Below are positions 28,014 through 39,670 of a stretch of 64,000 bases of DNA, one piece after another. Every line of letters starts with the position of its first letter. Position 1 is the stretch's first letter. The notes beneath the pieces were generated by a model that worked only from the letters and a program-made list of their open reading frames with translations, had not been told where the DNA came from and did no database searches. Source of the DNA: Candidatus Eiseniibacteriota bacterium (GTDB lineage Bacteria > Eisenbacteria > RBG-16-71-46 > CAZAMP01); the NCBI GenBank assembly GCA_965224245.1, contig OZ245046.1, positions 5,664,001 to 5,728,000 on the forward strand, in the 5' to 3' direction. Both the position numbers and the translations under genes were made by a program.

Positions 28014-29690
28014 ATGCCGCCCGTCGCCCTGCTCGGTGAAGTCGCCAAGACGCTGCCGCGCGCGACGCTGCTCGCGCTCCTGACGGCGGTGCTCGTCGCG
28101 ACCGGGGCCGTCGCCCACGATCTGGAGGACACGCGGCGGGCGGCCACCGACGCGTACGACCGCGGGGACTACGCCGAGAGCGCGTCACTCTTCGAGGAGG
28201 CGATCGCCCAGGGCGCACGCGATTCCACCACGCCGTACAACGGCGCCTGCGCGTTCGCTCTCGCCGGTCGCACCGGCGACGCGCTTCGGATGCTCGATCT
28301 CGCGGTGAGGCGGGGCTTTCGCAACCTCGAGCTCATTACGACCGACTCCGACCTGGCGCTCCTTCGGGACGACCCCGCGTGGCCGGACGTCGTGGGCGGG
28401 GCAGAGGCCAACGCGAGGGCCCACGATCGCCTCTGGAACAGCCCCGCCCTGGCCACGCCGTACGCAGAGAACCTGACTGCGGTGCAGAAGATCGCCGGCC
28501 TGTCGCGCCTGTGGTCCGAGGTCCGGTTCAACTTCGTCAACTTCGATCTCGTCCCGTCGCTCGACTGGGACTCGCTGTATGTGGACGCACTGGGATCCAT
28601 CCAGGAGACGCCGTCCACGGCGGCGTACTACCGGCGCCTCCAGCGTCTGGTGGCCGCGCTCCGGGACGGCCACAGCAACGTGTATCCGCCGAGGGAGCTG
28701 AGCGCTCGGTTCTACGCGCGTCCGCCGCTCCGGACACGCCTCGTCGGCGACGCGGTGCTGGTGATCGACGTCTACGATGACGCGCTGGCGGCCGACGGCG
28801 TGAGCGTCGGGGACGAGCTCGTGGCGATCGACGGGGTCCCGGTCGAGACGTACGCGCTGGAGCGCGTGCGCCCCCATCAGTGTGCGTCCACGCCGCAGGA
28901 TCTGGACGCGCGGACCTACGAGAGGGCGCTCCTCCAGGGGCCCGCGAACGAGTCGATCGAGCTCACCCTGGTCGGGGCCGACGGCGAGCGCCGGGTGCGG
29001 TCCGTCACACGCCTCTTCGGCGCGGACTATCGGAAGCTCGTCCCGCCCCGCCCGCCGATCACGATCGAGCGGCTGGACGGCAACGTGGCCTACGTGGCGC
29101 TGAACACGTTCCAGGACCCCGAGGCGGCCGACGCGTTCGAGGCCGCGTTCGACGAGATCGCGACCGCGGATGCCCTGATCCTGGACGTGCGCGAGAACGG
29201 CGGCGGCAACAGCAGCATCGGCTGGCGCGTGCTCGCATGCCTGACCGACGGCGGGGTCCCCACCTCTGGATGGTTCACCCGAAGCTACCGTCCGGCCTAT
29301 CGCGCCTGGAATCGCGCCGAGGAGACCTACGGCGTGGATTCGGACACTTTCACCCAGGACGAGGATCGAGTCTTCGACAAGCCGTGCGCGATCCTGATCG
29401 GCCCCCGCACGTTCTCGGCGGCCGAGGACTTCGCGGTGTCGTTCGACATCATGGGGCGCGGTGCGATCATCGGCGAGCCCACCGGCGGCAGCACCGGTCA
29501 GCCGCTGTCGGTCGTGCTGCCCGGCGGGGGATCGGCCAGGATCTGCACGAAGCGGGACTTCTATCCCGACGGCCGGCAGTTCGTCGGCGTCGGCGTGCAG
29601 CCCACCATCCCGTGTCACCAGTCGATCGAAGACGTGCGCGCAGGTCGCGATCGCGCGCTCGAGGTCGCGCTGGCGCACCTCACCGATTGA
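28014..29690 (+). CDS. S41 family peptidase with N-terminal TPR module and PDZ-like domain
   Basis: GAGGAGG RBS before ATG 28014; YNGACAFALAG...TDSDL; LRDGHSNV; GDELVAIDG; LILDVRENGGG; TFSAAEDF; IIGEPTGG; GVQP. Confidence 0.88.
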   Translation: MPPVALLGEVAKTLPRATLLALLTAVLVATGAVAHDLEDTRRAATDAYDRGDYAESASLFEEAIAQGARDSTTPYNGACAFALAGRTGDALRMLDLAVRRGFRNLELITTDSDLALLRDDPAWPDVVGGAEANARAHDRLWNSPALATPYAENLTAVQKIAGLSRLWSEVRFNFVNFDLVPSLDWDSLYVDALGSIQETPSTAAYYRRLQRLVAALRDGHSNVYPPRELSARFYARPPLRTRLVGDAVLVIDVYDDALAADGVSVGDELVAIDGVPVETYALERVRPHQCASTPQDLDARTYERALLQGPANESIELTLVGADGERRVRSVTRLFGADYRKLVPPRPPITIERLDGNVAYVALNTFQDPEAADAFEAAFDEIATADALILDVRENGGGNSSIGWRVLACLTDGGVPTSGWFTRSYRPAYRAWNRAEETYGVDSDTFTQDEDRVFDKPCAILIGPRTFSAAEDFAVSFDIMGRGAIIGEPTGGSTGQPLSVVLPGGGSARICTKRDFYPDGRQFVGVGVQPTIPCHQSIEDVRAGRDRALEVALAHLTD

Positions 29691-29758
29691 TCGTCGGACG
29701 GTCGTGTCCCGCTGCCGGGGAATCGCACCGCCGAGAAGCCCGATCCCGACGCGCGTCG

Positions 29759-30304
29759 CTACCCGTTGCCCGCGACGGCGGCCGCGATCCGGTCGATCTG
29801 CCGGCAGTGTACGATGTCGTGGGCGGCGAGGAGCTTCACGATGAGCCGCACGCTCTCGGGGCCGCGCTCGTCGTGGTGTCCCACGCGATCCAGCTCGGCA
29901 TCCGACAGGGCCTGCACGAAGCGCAGGTTCCGGCGGCGCATGAACGAGAGCTCCTCGAGGGTGTCGCCGACGTCGCCGAGCTCGGAGTGGAGCCGTGTCG
30001 CGAAGTGATCCTGATCGTACCCGACGAGTGCGGGCTCGTCCTCGGCGACCACCAGCCGCATCCGGTAGCCGTAGACCATCTCGCTGTCGGCCAGATGCTC
30101 GATGACCTGTCGGATCGACCACTTCCCCTCGGCCTCGGGGCGTGCGATCGCATCGTCGGAGAGCGCGGACAGGCGCCCCGCCAGCCCGGCCATCAACGAT
30201 CGCAGCACCACCAGGGGATCGCGATCGCCCAGAAGATCGAGGAGCGCGCGGGTGTAGGCCGCCGAAGACCCCCTGGCCATCTCGGCCGGGTTCGAGAACG
30301 TCAT
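29759..30304 (-). CDS. DinB/YfiT family protein
   Basis: EGKWSIRQVIEHLADSE..YGYRMR, GYDQD, AAHD..H..QI. Confidence 0.85.
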   Translation of the reverse strand: MTFSNPAEMARGSSAAYTRALLDLLGDRDPLVVLRSLMAGLAGRLSALSDDAIARPEAEGKWSIRQVIEHLADSEMVYGYRMRLVVAEDEPALVGYDQDHFATRLHSELGDVGDTLEELSFMRRRNLRFVQALSDAELDRVGHHDERGPESVRLIVKLLAAHDIVHCRQIDRIAAAVAGNG

Positions 30305-30320
30305 GGGACCCTCCGATTGC

Positions 30321-31121
30321 TCAAGGGATGGTCTGGTATACCCGGCGCGCCGGCACCGACACGACACGATCCTCGTCCACGAGCCACGCGCTGAGCGCGC
30401 CGCCCCACACGCAGCCGGTGTCGAGACCGACCACCCGCTCGGTTCGCACCAGGCCGCGCATGGCCCAGTGCCCGAACACGACGCGCGTCGCGCCACGATA
30501 CCACGCGTCCCAGGGCGCGAAGCCGTCCGGGGGGTCGACGTCGTCGTGGGGGCGGACTCCCGAGGCCGAGCAATGCCGGACGCGGGTGAAGAATGCGAGG
30601 TCCTCGTCGTCCCAGGGAACGTCGCCGCGACGGATGCGGGTCTCGAGCCGTCGCGCGGCGATGCCAGCTCGCGAGGCACTCGCGGCGCCCGTCCCGTGCG
30701 ACGCACCGTCGGCGTTCGACAGGCCGCCCGCGTCGGTCCAGGCCGGGTGCAGCCCCGCGTGCACGAGGACCAGATCCGGCCACGTCTGGAGAAGGGGACG
30801 CGTCCGCAGCCAATCGAGAAGATCGTCTCGATCCGGGGCGCTCGAGAGCGCGTCGAGCGTGTCGCGACGCCTGGCGGCGCGATCTCCGGCGGCCACGCCG
30901 AGGGCGTGGAGGTCGTGATTGCCCAGGACCGAGCCGGCGTCGATCGCCACGGCGCGGCGGAGCACCTCCAGCGACGAGGGGCCGCGGTTGACGAGGTCGC
31001 CGGTGAACCAGATCTCGTGTCGTGCGGGGTCGTACGAGACCGACTCGAGGAGGGCGTCGAGCTCGTCGGCACAGCCGTGCACGTCGCCGACGATGAGGCG
31101 TTCTCGCTCGTACGGCGGCAC
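30321..31121 (-). CDS. apaH: Symmetrical bis(5'-nucleosyl)-tetraphosphatase / metallophosphoesterase
   Basis: IVGDVHGC, FTGDLVNRGP.SL.VL, VLGNHDLH, LVHAGLHP.W, VVFGHWA, GLDTGCVWGG.L. Start estimated (GTG 31121). Confidence 0.88.
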   Translation of the reverse strand: MPPYERERLIVGDVHGCADELDALLESVSYDPARHEIWFTGDLVNRGPSSLEVLRRAVAIDAGSVLGNHDLHALGVAAGDRAARRRDTLDALSSAPDRDDLLDWLRTRPLLQTWPDLVLVHAGLHPAWTDAGGLSNADGASHGTGAASASRAGIAARRLETRIRRGDVPWDDEDLAFFTRVRHCSASGVRPHDDVDPPDGFAPWDAWYRGATRVVFGHWAMRGLVRTERVVGLDTGCVWGGALSAWLVDEDRVVSVPARRVYQTIP

Positions 31122-31132
31122 GGGCGCGTCCG

Positions 31133-31567
31133 TCAGCGTGGCGTCTCGAGCCGGCTCGGTCGCGTGAGGATGTAGCCCGCGACGACGGCCATGACCGCCG
31201 CGATGGACCCGGTCACCAGCCAGTTGCTCCCGGTGACCACCGTCAGCACGGCGAGTCCGATCGACATCGAGATCAGCGCGAGGATCTTGGCCCGCCGGGG
31301 AATCACCCGGTGCGTGGACCACGCCTGCAGCGGGGGACCGAACCGCGGATGCGTGTAGAGCCACCGATGCAGCCGGGGCGAGCTCTTCGAGTAGCACCAG
31401 AGCGCGGCGATCAGAAAGCACGTGGTGGGCACGATCGGTAGGATCGCGCCGATCACGGCGAGCCCCGTGAAGAGGAGACCGCCGGCCAGGTAGAGCATTC
31501 GCGCGGGCGAACGCGACCCGGTGGCGTCGTCGGCCGTGCGGTCGTGATCGCGGCGTGTCATGACCAT
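31133..31567 (-). CDS. YbaN (DUF454) family inner-membrane protein
   Basis: GL..IGAILPIVPTT.FLI.A..C..KSSPRLH.WL..HP.FGP....W...VIPRRAK. Start approximate. Confidence 0.85.
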   Translation of the reverse strand: MVMTRRDHDRTADDATGSRSPARMLYLAGGLLFTGLAVIGAILPIVPTTCFLIAALWCYSKSSPRLHRWLYTHPRFGPPLQAWSTHRVIPRRAKILALISMSIGLAVLTVVTGSNWLVTGSIAAVMAVVAGYILTRPSRLETPR

Positions 31568-31701
31568 GCGTTCCACCTCGATGCCGGGAGCTCCGTCAAC
31601 AGCCTGGGAGCATACCGCGTCGCTGCGCACCGTGTCACCGCCGGAGAGGTGACGCAGTCGGTAAGTTTCCTATTTTAAATGAGTTGTCGCCGTATCCCCG
31701 A

Positions 31702-32112
31702 TCACATCAGGCCCAGCTCGAGCTTCGCGGCCTCGGTCATCAGGTCGGGCGTCCACGGGGGATCCCACACGAGGCTCACGGTGGCGTCGGTGACGCCGTG
31801 CACGCCGCGGACCTTCTCCTCGACCTCGGGCGGGAGCGACTCGGCCACCGGGCATGCCGGTGACGTGAGCGTCATGTCCACCTGGACCCGCCCGTCCCCG
31901 GAGACCTTCACGCCGTAGATCAGCCCCAGGTCGTAGATGTTGACCGGGATCTCCGGGTCGTAGCACGTCTGGATCGCCTCGATCACGCGCGCCTCCAGCG
32001 ACGGGGTGCCGCCGGCGGTGTCGGGATCGGCCGGTGACGCGTCCTCTCGGGCCCCCGGCGGTGTGGAAGCGCGTCCGACCGGTGGTCGGCCGTTCTCTGC
32101 GTCGTGGGTCAT
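31702..32112 (-). CDS. sufT: SUF-associated DUF59 (SufT) Fe-S assembly protein
   Basis: YDPEIPVNIYDLGLIY, MTLTSPACPVA, LVWDPPW, EAAKLELG. Confidence 0.88.
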   Translation of the reverse strand: MTHDAENGRPPVGRASTPPGAREDASPADPDTAGGTPSLEARVIEAIQTCYDPEIPVNIYDLGLIYGVKVSGDGRVQVDMTLTSPACPVAESLPPEVEEKVRGVHGVTDATVSLVWDPPWTPDLMTEAAKLELGLM

Positions 32113-32160
32113 CGTCGTTTCCTCTCCATCGTTCGGGCCGGACGGCGCGGGCGCCCGGGG

Positions 32161-32613
32161 TCACTCGGTGGTGATGGGATCGGACGCGTTCTCCAGCGCG
32201 GCCTCGAGCGTGTGCCAGGCCAGCGTGGCGCACTTCACCCGGACCGGGAACTCGCGCACGCCGGCGAAGACCGCCAGCTTGCCGAGGTCCACGGTGTCGG
32301 GCGTCTCGCCGATCGGTGCGGTGACCATCGTCTTGAAGCGGTCGAACAACCTCCGGATCTCGTCGATGGTCTTGCCGGTCACGATCTCGGTCATCACCGA
32401 CGCGGACGCGGTGGAGATCGCGCACCCCGAGCCGGTGAACGACGCGCTCGCGACGACGCCGTTCTCCACCTTCAGGTACAGCACGAGCCGATCGCCACAG
32501 AGCGGATTCAGGCCCTCGGCGCCGTGGCTCGCGTCGTCCATCGCATGGAAGTTCCGCGGGTGCTTCCCGTGGTCCAGGATCACCTCTTGATACAGATCGC
32601 GTAGATCGTCCAC
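32161..32613 (-). CDS. sufU: SUF system NifU-family protein SufU
   Basis: LYQEVILDH, NPLCGD, GCAISTAS, PVRVKCATLAWH. Confidence 0.93.
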   Translation of the reverse strand: MDDLRDLYQEVILDHGKHPRNFHAMDDASHGAEGLNPLCGDRLVLYLKVENGVVASASFTGSGCAISTASASVMTEIVTGKTIDEIRRLFDRFKTMVTAPIGETPDTVDLGKLAVFAGVREFPVRVKCATLAWHTLEAALENASDPITTE

Positions 32614-32632
32614 GGCGGGTCGTCCCTCGCGC

Positions 32633-33895
32633 TCAGGAGAACATGTCGATGACGCGCTTCAACCCGGTGACGAGCGCGTCGATCTCGGACTTCGTATTGT
32701 AGAACGTCAGCGAGGCTCGCGTCGTGGCCGGAACCCCGAAGTGCGCCATCACCGGCTGCGCGCAGTGGTGTCCGGTGCGAACGGCGATACCGTCCCGATC
32801 GAGCACCGTGCCCACGTCGTGCGGGTGGACGCCATCCACGACGAACGACAGGACGCTGGCCTTGCGGCGGGCGCGTCCGATGATCCGGACGCCATCCACC
32901 GCAGAGAGGGCCTGGGTGGCGTACTCGAGCAGCATCGCGTTGTAGAGCGTGATCGGCGTCATCCCGATCTCGTCCAGGTACGTGAGCGCGACGCCGAGAC
33001 CGATGGCGCCGGCGATGTCGGGCGTTCCGGCCTCGAACTTGTGCGGCAGGTCGTTGTACGTGGTCTTCTCGAACGTTACCGACCGGATCATGTCGCCGCC
33101 ACCCTGATACGGCGGCATCGCGTCCAGGAGCGATTCCTTCCCGTACAGGACGCCGATTCCGGTGGGTCCGTAGACCTTGTGGCCGGAGAACGCGTAGAAG
33201 TCGACGTCCAGCTCCTGCACGTCCACGGGGAGGTGTGCGATGCCCTGCGCACCGTCGAGCAGAACCGGGATCCCGCGCGCATGCGCGCTCTCGATGAGCG
33301 TTCGGACGGGGTTGATCGTGCCCAGTGCGTTCGACAGGTGCGAGACGGCCACCAGCCGCGTGCGATCGGTCAGGAGCGACTCGAGCCGGTCGAGCACCAG
33401 CTCGCCCCGATCGTCGATCGGGATCACGCGAAGCGATGCCCCGACCTGCTCGCACACGAGCTGCCACGGCACGATGTTGGAGTGGTGCTCCATCTCGGAC
33501 ACGAGGATCTCGTCACCGGCCCGGAGGTGGCTTCGGCCGTAGGTCTGCGCGACCAGGTTGATCGACTCGGTGGTGCCCCGGGTGAACACGATCTCTCGCT
33601 CGGACGCGGCGTTCATGAACCTCGCCACGACGCGGCGCGCCGCCTCGTACTCGGCGGTGGCCCGGATCGACAGATCGTAGACGCCTCGATGGATGTTGGC
33701 GTTGATCTCGCCGTAGACTCGCGTCACCGTGTCGATCACGCGCTGCGGCTTCTGCGTGGTCGCCGCGTTGTCCAGGTACGTCAGGGGCTTCCCGTGCACC
33801 GTCGTGGACAGGATCGGGAAGTCGCGGCGGACCTTCGCCACGTCGAAGTCGACCGGCGACGAGGATCGCCCCTGGACCGTCACTACGCCCTCCAT
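32633..33895 (-). CDS. sufS: Cysteine desulfurase SufS
   Basis: YLDNAATTQKP, MEHHSNIVPWQ, FSGHK (PLP lysine), RTGHHCAQP. Confidence 0.96.
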   Translation of the reverse strand: MEGVVTVQGRSSSPVDFDVAKVRRDFPILSTTVHGKPLTYLDNAATTQKPQRVIDTVTRVYGEINANIHRGVYDLSIRATAEYEAARRVVARFMNAASEREIVFTRGTTESINLVAQTYGRSHLRAGDEILVSEMEHHSNIVPWQLVCEQVGASLRVIPIDDRGELVLDRLESLLTDRTRLVAVSHLSNALGTINPVRTLIESAHARGIPVLLDGAQGIAHLPVDVQELDVDFYAFSGHKVYGPTGIGVLYGKESLLDAMPPYQGGGDMIRSVTFEKTTYNDLPHKFEAGTPDIAGAIGLGVALTYLDEIGMTPITLYNAMLLEYATQALSAVDGVRIIGRARRKASVLSFVVDGVHPHDVGTVLDRDGIAVRTGHHCAQPVMAHFGVPATTRASLTFYNTKSEIDALVTGLKRVIDMFS

Positions 33896-33916
33896 GCCGT
33901 CTCCCCGGCTCGCCGG

Positions 33917-35263
33917 TCAGCGAGCCTGATGAATGGCCTCGCCGTTCGGCAGGCCCTTGGCGAACTCCCGCTCCACGGCCTCGCGGACGCCGTCGATCTC
34001 GATCTGGTCGATCAGCTCGCGTGCGAACGCGTGGGTCAAGAGCGATCGGGCAGCCTCGGGACTGAGTCCACGCGCCCGCAGGTAGAACAGCTGGTCGTCG
34101 TCGAGCTCGCCCGTGGTCGCGCCGTGCGTGCACTTCACGTCGTCGGCGTAGATCTCCAGCTGAGGCTTGTTGTTCGAGACCGCATCGTCGCTGAGCAACA
34201 GGTTACGGCTCGTCTGCTTGGCGTCGGTCTTCTGGGCGTCGACGTACACGTGGATCTTCCCGTCGAACACTCCGCGCGACGCGCCGTCCAGGATGCCCTT
34301 GAACATCTGCCAGCTCGTACAGTGCGGGACAGCATGATCGATCCGGGTGTGATTGTCGACGACCTGCTCGCCCTGGCTCAGATAGAGGCCGTTCAGCGTG
34401 GCGTGTGCGCCCTCGCCCGACAGCTTCGCGTGCCCCTCGTTCCGGACGAGAAGGCCGCTCGACGTGAACGCGTGCGCGGTGTAGGTCGCCTCGGTGCCCA
34501 CGTCGATCGCGCTGACGCCGATGTGGTAGGCGACGTCGGAGTCGCGAAGCAGCCGCACGTGCAGCACCTCGCTCCTCGGCTCGCAGAAGATCTCACTCAC
34601 CGGGTTGGTGAGGTAGGCGTCATCGCCGAGCCCGGCGTGCGTCTCCAGGATGGTCACGCGTGCATCTCGCCCGCACCGAACCAGCATGCGCGGATGTGCG
34701 AGCGTCGGGCCCTCGGGCGTCGTGGTCAGGTGCACGACGTGAACGGGGACGCCGATCTCCGCACCGTCGGCCACGTCGATGACGACGCCGTCGCCGAGGA
34801 ACGCGGTGTTGAGCGCCGCGAACGCACGGGAGTCGACGGGGGCGATCGTGGCCAGCTTCTCGAGCACGAACGCGTCTCCGCCGGCGACTGCATCGGACAG
34901 CCGGCGGCAGGTGAGCCCGGACATCGCGTCGTCGGTCCAGCTCAGCAGCGCGGCGTAGTGTCCGTTGACGAACACCAGTCGGATCGTGTCGGCGTCCGCG
35001 AACGTGTATGCGTCGAGCGCGCTCGTGGACAGGGTCGACAGGTCGATCGTCTCGGTTCGGGCCAGACCGGACTGCATCATCTGCGAGAGGCTCGTCCAGC
35101 GCCAGTCCTCGTGCTTGGTGGTCGGGATGCCCTGCGATCGAAACGCCGCCATGGCCACGTTGCGGCGTTCGGCGAGCCATGCCGGCTCGGTGGCCACGCG
35201 CGCGGCCTGGAAGCTCTGGAATGCGTCGACGAAATCGTCGGTTCGCTGAAGGGTCGTGCTCAT
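33917..35263 (-). CDS. sufD: Fe-S cluster assembly protein SufD
   Basis: EDWRWT, AQKTDAKQ, KPQLEIYADDVKCTHGAT.G, LFYLRARG. Confidence 0.95.
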   Translation of the reverse strand: MSTTLQRTDDFVDAFQSFQAARVATEPAWLAERRNVAMAAFRSQGIPTTKHEDWRWTSLSQMMQSGLARTETIDLSTLSTSALDAYTFADADTIRLVFVNGHYAALLSWTDDAMSGLTCRRLSDAVAGGDAFVLEKLATIAPVDSRAFAALNTAFLGDGVVIDVADGAEIGVPVHVVHLTTTPEGPTLAHPRMLVRCGRDARVTILETHAGLGDDAYLTNPVSEIFCEPRSEVLHVRLLRDSDVAYHIGVSAIDVGTEATYTAHAFTSSGLLVRNEGHAKLSGEGAHATLNGLYLSQGEQVVDNHTRIDHAVPHCTSWQMFKGILDGASRGVFDGKIHVYVDAQKTDAKQTSRNLLLSDDAVSNNKPQLEIYADDVKCTHGATTGELDDDQLFYLRARGLSPEAARSLLTHAFARELIDQIEIDGVREAVEREFAKGLPNGEAIHQAR

Positions 35264-35288
35264 CGGATGGCTTCTCCTCGGCGTTGGC

Positions 35289-36044
<756 letters not shown>

Positions 36045-36160
36045 GTGATGTTCACTCTCCGTGTCTGACGTGACGCGCTCACGGCGCTGATCTCAGGTTC
36101 AAGACTCGACGTCACCGCACCCCGCGACGATCCCAGCCTCCAGGAATGATCCACATGAAT

Positions 36161-36203
36161 GGGCGTTTGCGAGGCAAACGCCCGAGTCGTCGCGAAGCGA
36201 CGA
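36161..36203. repeat. Two adjacent perfect hairpins immediately downstream of sufB
   Basis: GGGCGTTTGC-GAG-GCAAACGCCC (36161-36183) and TCGTCGC-GAA-GCGACGA (36187-36203). Confidence 0.6.
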
Positions 36204-37649
<1,446 letters not shown>

Positions 37650-37658
37650 GGAGACTCC

Positions 37659-38189
37659 CTACTTCCCGCCGACTCGGCGGGGCTCCGTCTGCGTCGTGCT
37701 TGCGGTGTCGGAGAGCGCGGCGCGGTTCTGTCGGCGCCGCGTCAACGGAAACGAGATCGGATCCGGCGAGCGAACGTCCCTGAGCGGACGGGCCATCTCC
37801 GCCAGCGAGATCGTGCCCAGCGAGTCGAGCACGCGCCGATTGATGAGCCGCCAGTTGCCGCGGACGTGGCACATCGATTCGCGCTCGCAGTCGCCGTGCG
37901 TGGTCTCGGCGCACTCGGTGAGCGCGATCGGGCCCTCGATGGCCGTGATGACGTCGGCCACCGACAGCGACTCGGGTGGCTGCGCAAGGCGATACCCGCC
38001 CCGGGCGCCGCGCTGGGACCGCAGGAGCCCCTCCCGGGCCAGCTGCTTGAGGATCTTGCTGACCATCTGGTGGCTGACCTGCGCATCGTCGGCCAGGTCA
38101 CGCGCGCTGACGGGCTCGGTGCTCCCGAGCTGCGCCAGCCGGGTCATCAGGACGATGCCGTAATCCGCTTCCCTGGAAAGCTTTAGCAT
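37659..38189 (-). CDS. Rrf2/IscR-like SUF system transcriptional regulator
   Basis: MLKLSREADYG, S.RG..GGY.L, I.AIEGPI.LTEC...C.....CH (three Cys plus His); first gene of the suf operon. Confidence 0.9.
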   Translation of the reverse strand: MLKLSREADYGIVLMTRLAQLGSTEPVSARDLADDAQVSHQMVSKILKQLAREGLLRSQRGARGGYRLAQPPESLSVADVITAIEGPIALTECAETTHGDCERESMCHVRGNWRLINRRVLDSLGTISLAEMARPLRDVRSPDPISFPLTRRRQNRAALSDTASTTQTEPRRVGGK

Positions 38190-38205
38190 GTGCTCCTCGC
38201 TAATT

Positions 38206-38222
38206 CGGACTGAATTGGTCCG
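38206..38222. promoter_or_regulatory. Inverted repeat CGGAC-TGAATTG-GTCCG, candidate Rrf2 operator of the suf operon
   Basis: Palindrome with an AT-rich core 17-33 bp upstream of the Rrf2 start codon. Confidence 0.5.
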
Positions 38223-38401
38223 CTTTCGGGAGCATAGTCGCTGCCGGCCCTGGATTTCAAGGCCCTTTGCCGGCCTCGGCGGGACTCGTTCCGGATCCGG
38301 GGGCGGCCTTCGGTCCGGCGGAGGTCCCTTTGTCGCGAGCTCCCGCCTTGATACGCTCGTGCCGCCCACCACCCACGACGACGCTTGCCCAGGAGGGAAC
38401 C

Positions 38402-39337
38402 ATGTACCCCCGCATCGACCGCGGATTCGGCGTCACGGTACTGGCCACCGGGATCCTCGGAGCGCTCGCCACCTCGGTCCCGGCGACCGATGTCGAGTTT
38501 CACGACGAGACGTTTCCCGACGCGCAGTGGACGCTCGTGAAGCTCATCGACACGACCGAAGGGGCGCTCGTCTCCGCCGAGCGCGTGGAGACCGGCGGGA
38601 ATCCGGGAGACTACCGGGAGACCACCCACGTGTATCGGGCCACCGATCTCCACGTCGCGCACACGAAGGACGACGCCGTCTACGATCCGTCGGAATCCGG
38701 TCCCATCGGCACCGTCGACGTGCTCTACGACGTGAAGCACGATCCGGTCAGCGGCTGGGGCGTACGCTACCGGCCGATGCTGGTCCAGGACGGGATCTAC
38801 TACTCCTGTGAGTGCGGAGACGCCGTGTTCGACGCCGTCTGGCAGTCCGCAGTGCACGTCGCGCTGACGGCGACCGACTTCACGCCCATCGAGGCGGTCG
38901 AGTCGCCCGGCCCCGCGTACCCCGACTTCTCCGAGGCCGGCGCCCCGATCACGTTCGGGTACGAGACCTCGAACCACGCGACCGCCCACGATCCCCAGAC
39001 GCGGGTGCACGGCATCGACAACTGGCGAGTCGTCGTGCACGCGCCCGTCGTGGGCATCGCCGACGCCCCCTCCGCGCCGGCGCGCGTGATCGTGAGACCC
39101 AACCCGTTCCGCTCGCGGATCGCGGTCGTGGTTCCCGGTGCGCCGCGAGCCGGCCGGATCTCGATCTACGACGTCGCGGGCCGCCTCGTGGGCAGCACGC
39201 CGATCGTCGACGGCACCGCCGTGTGGAGCGGCCGGGATGCCTCGGGGCAGGCCGTCTCGCCGGGTGTGTATGTCTTGCGGGCGGTAGGGGCCGACGATCG
39301 ACCCCTCTGGCACCGTCGGGTCGTGCGCCTGGAGTAG
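38402..39337 (+). CDS. Secreted protein with C-terminal FlgD/secretion-type Ig domain
   Basis: GGAGGG RBS; signal peptide; TGGNPG and PDFS..GAPITFG motifs; tail RPNPFRS...IYDVAGRLV...WSGRD..G..V.PGVY.LR. Confidence 0.8.
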   Translation: MYPRIDRGFGVTVLATGILGALATSVPATDVEFHDETFPDAQWTLVKLIDTTEGALVSAERVETGGNPGDYRETTHVYRATDLHVAHTKDDAVYDPSESGPIGTVDVLYDVKHDPVSGWGVRYRPMLVQDGIYYSCECGDAVFDAVWQSAVHVALTATDFTPIEAVESPGPAYPDFSEAGAPITFGYETSNHATAHDPQTRVHGIDNWRVVVHAPVVGIADAPSAPARVIVRPNPFRSRIAVVVPGAPRAGRISIYDVAGRLVGSTPIVDGTAVWSGRDASGQAVSPGVYVLRAVGADDRPLWHRRVVRLE

Positions 39338-39670
39338 CCGCCGCCGGTCCACGCTGGACCGGCGCCGAGGTCCCGGGCCGGGACCGTCGATTCTCGCGTG
39401 AAAGGGTTCTCAACGACCCGATGCCTGCCGAGGGTTACAGGGTGGCCGTCCTCGGCGGTTTCCATCGCTCATACACGTTCGCGACGACGGGTTTCGCGAA
39501 CGGGACGAGCGAGCCCCCGACCTTGCCGGCCGCGGGACGGCACGACCGAGCCGCCGAAGGCGCCCCACCGGGGGGTTGGCTCCGGCGCCGGTCACTGCCA
39601 GAATGAGCGCCGCGACGTCGCCGGCGACGTCGCCGGTGCCTGCCAGCGCCAATCGTCTCCGGAGGCCGAG

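Noticed and set aside
39545-39585. GCCGAAGGCGC, resembling a glycine riboswitch core
   Set aside because: Lacks the upstream GGAGA and downstream CTCTCAGG elements.
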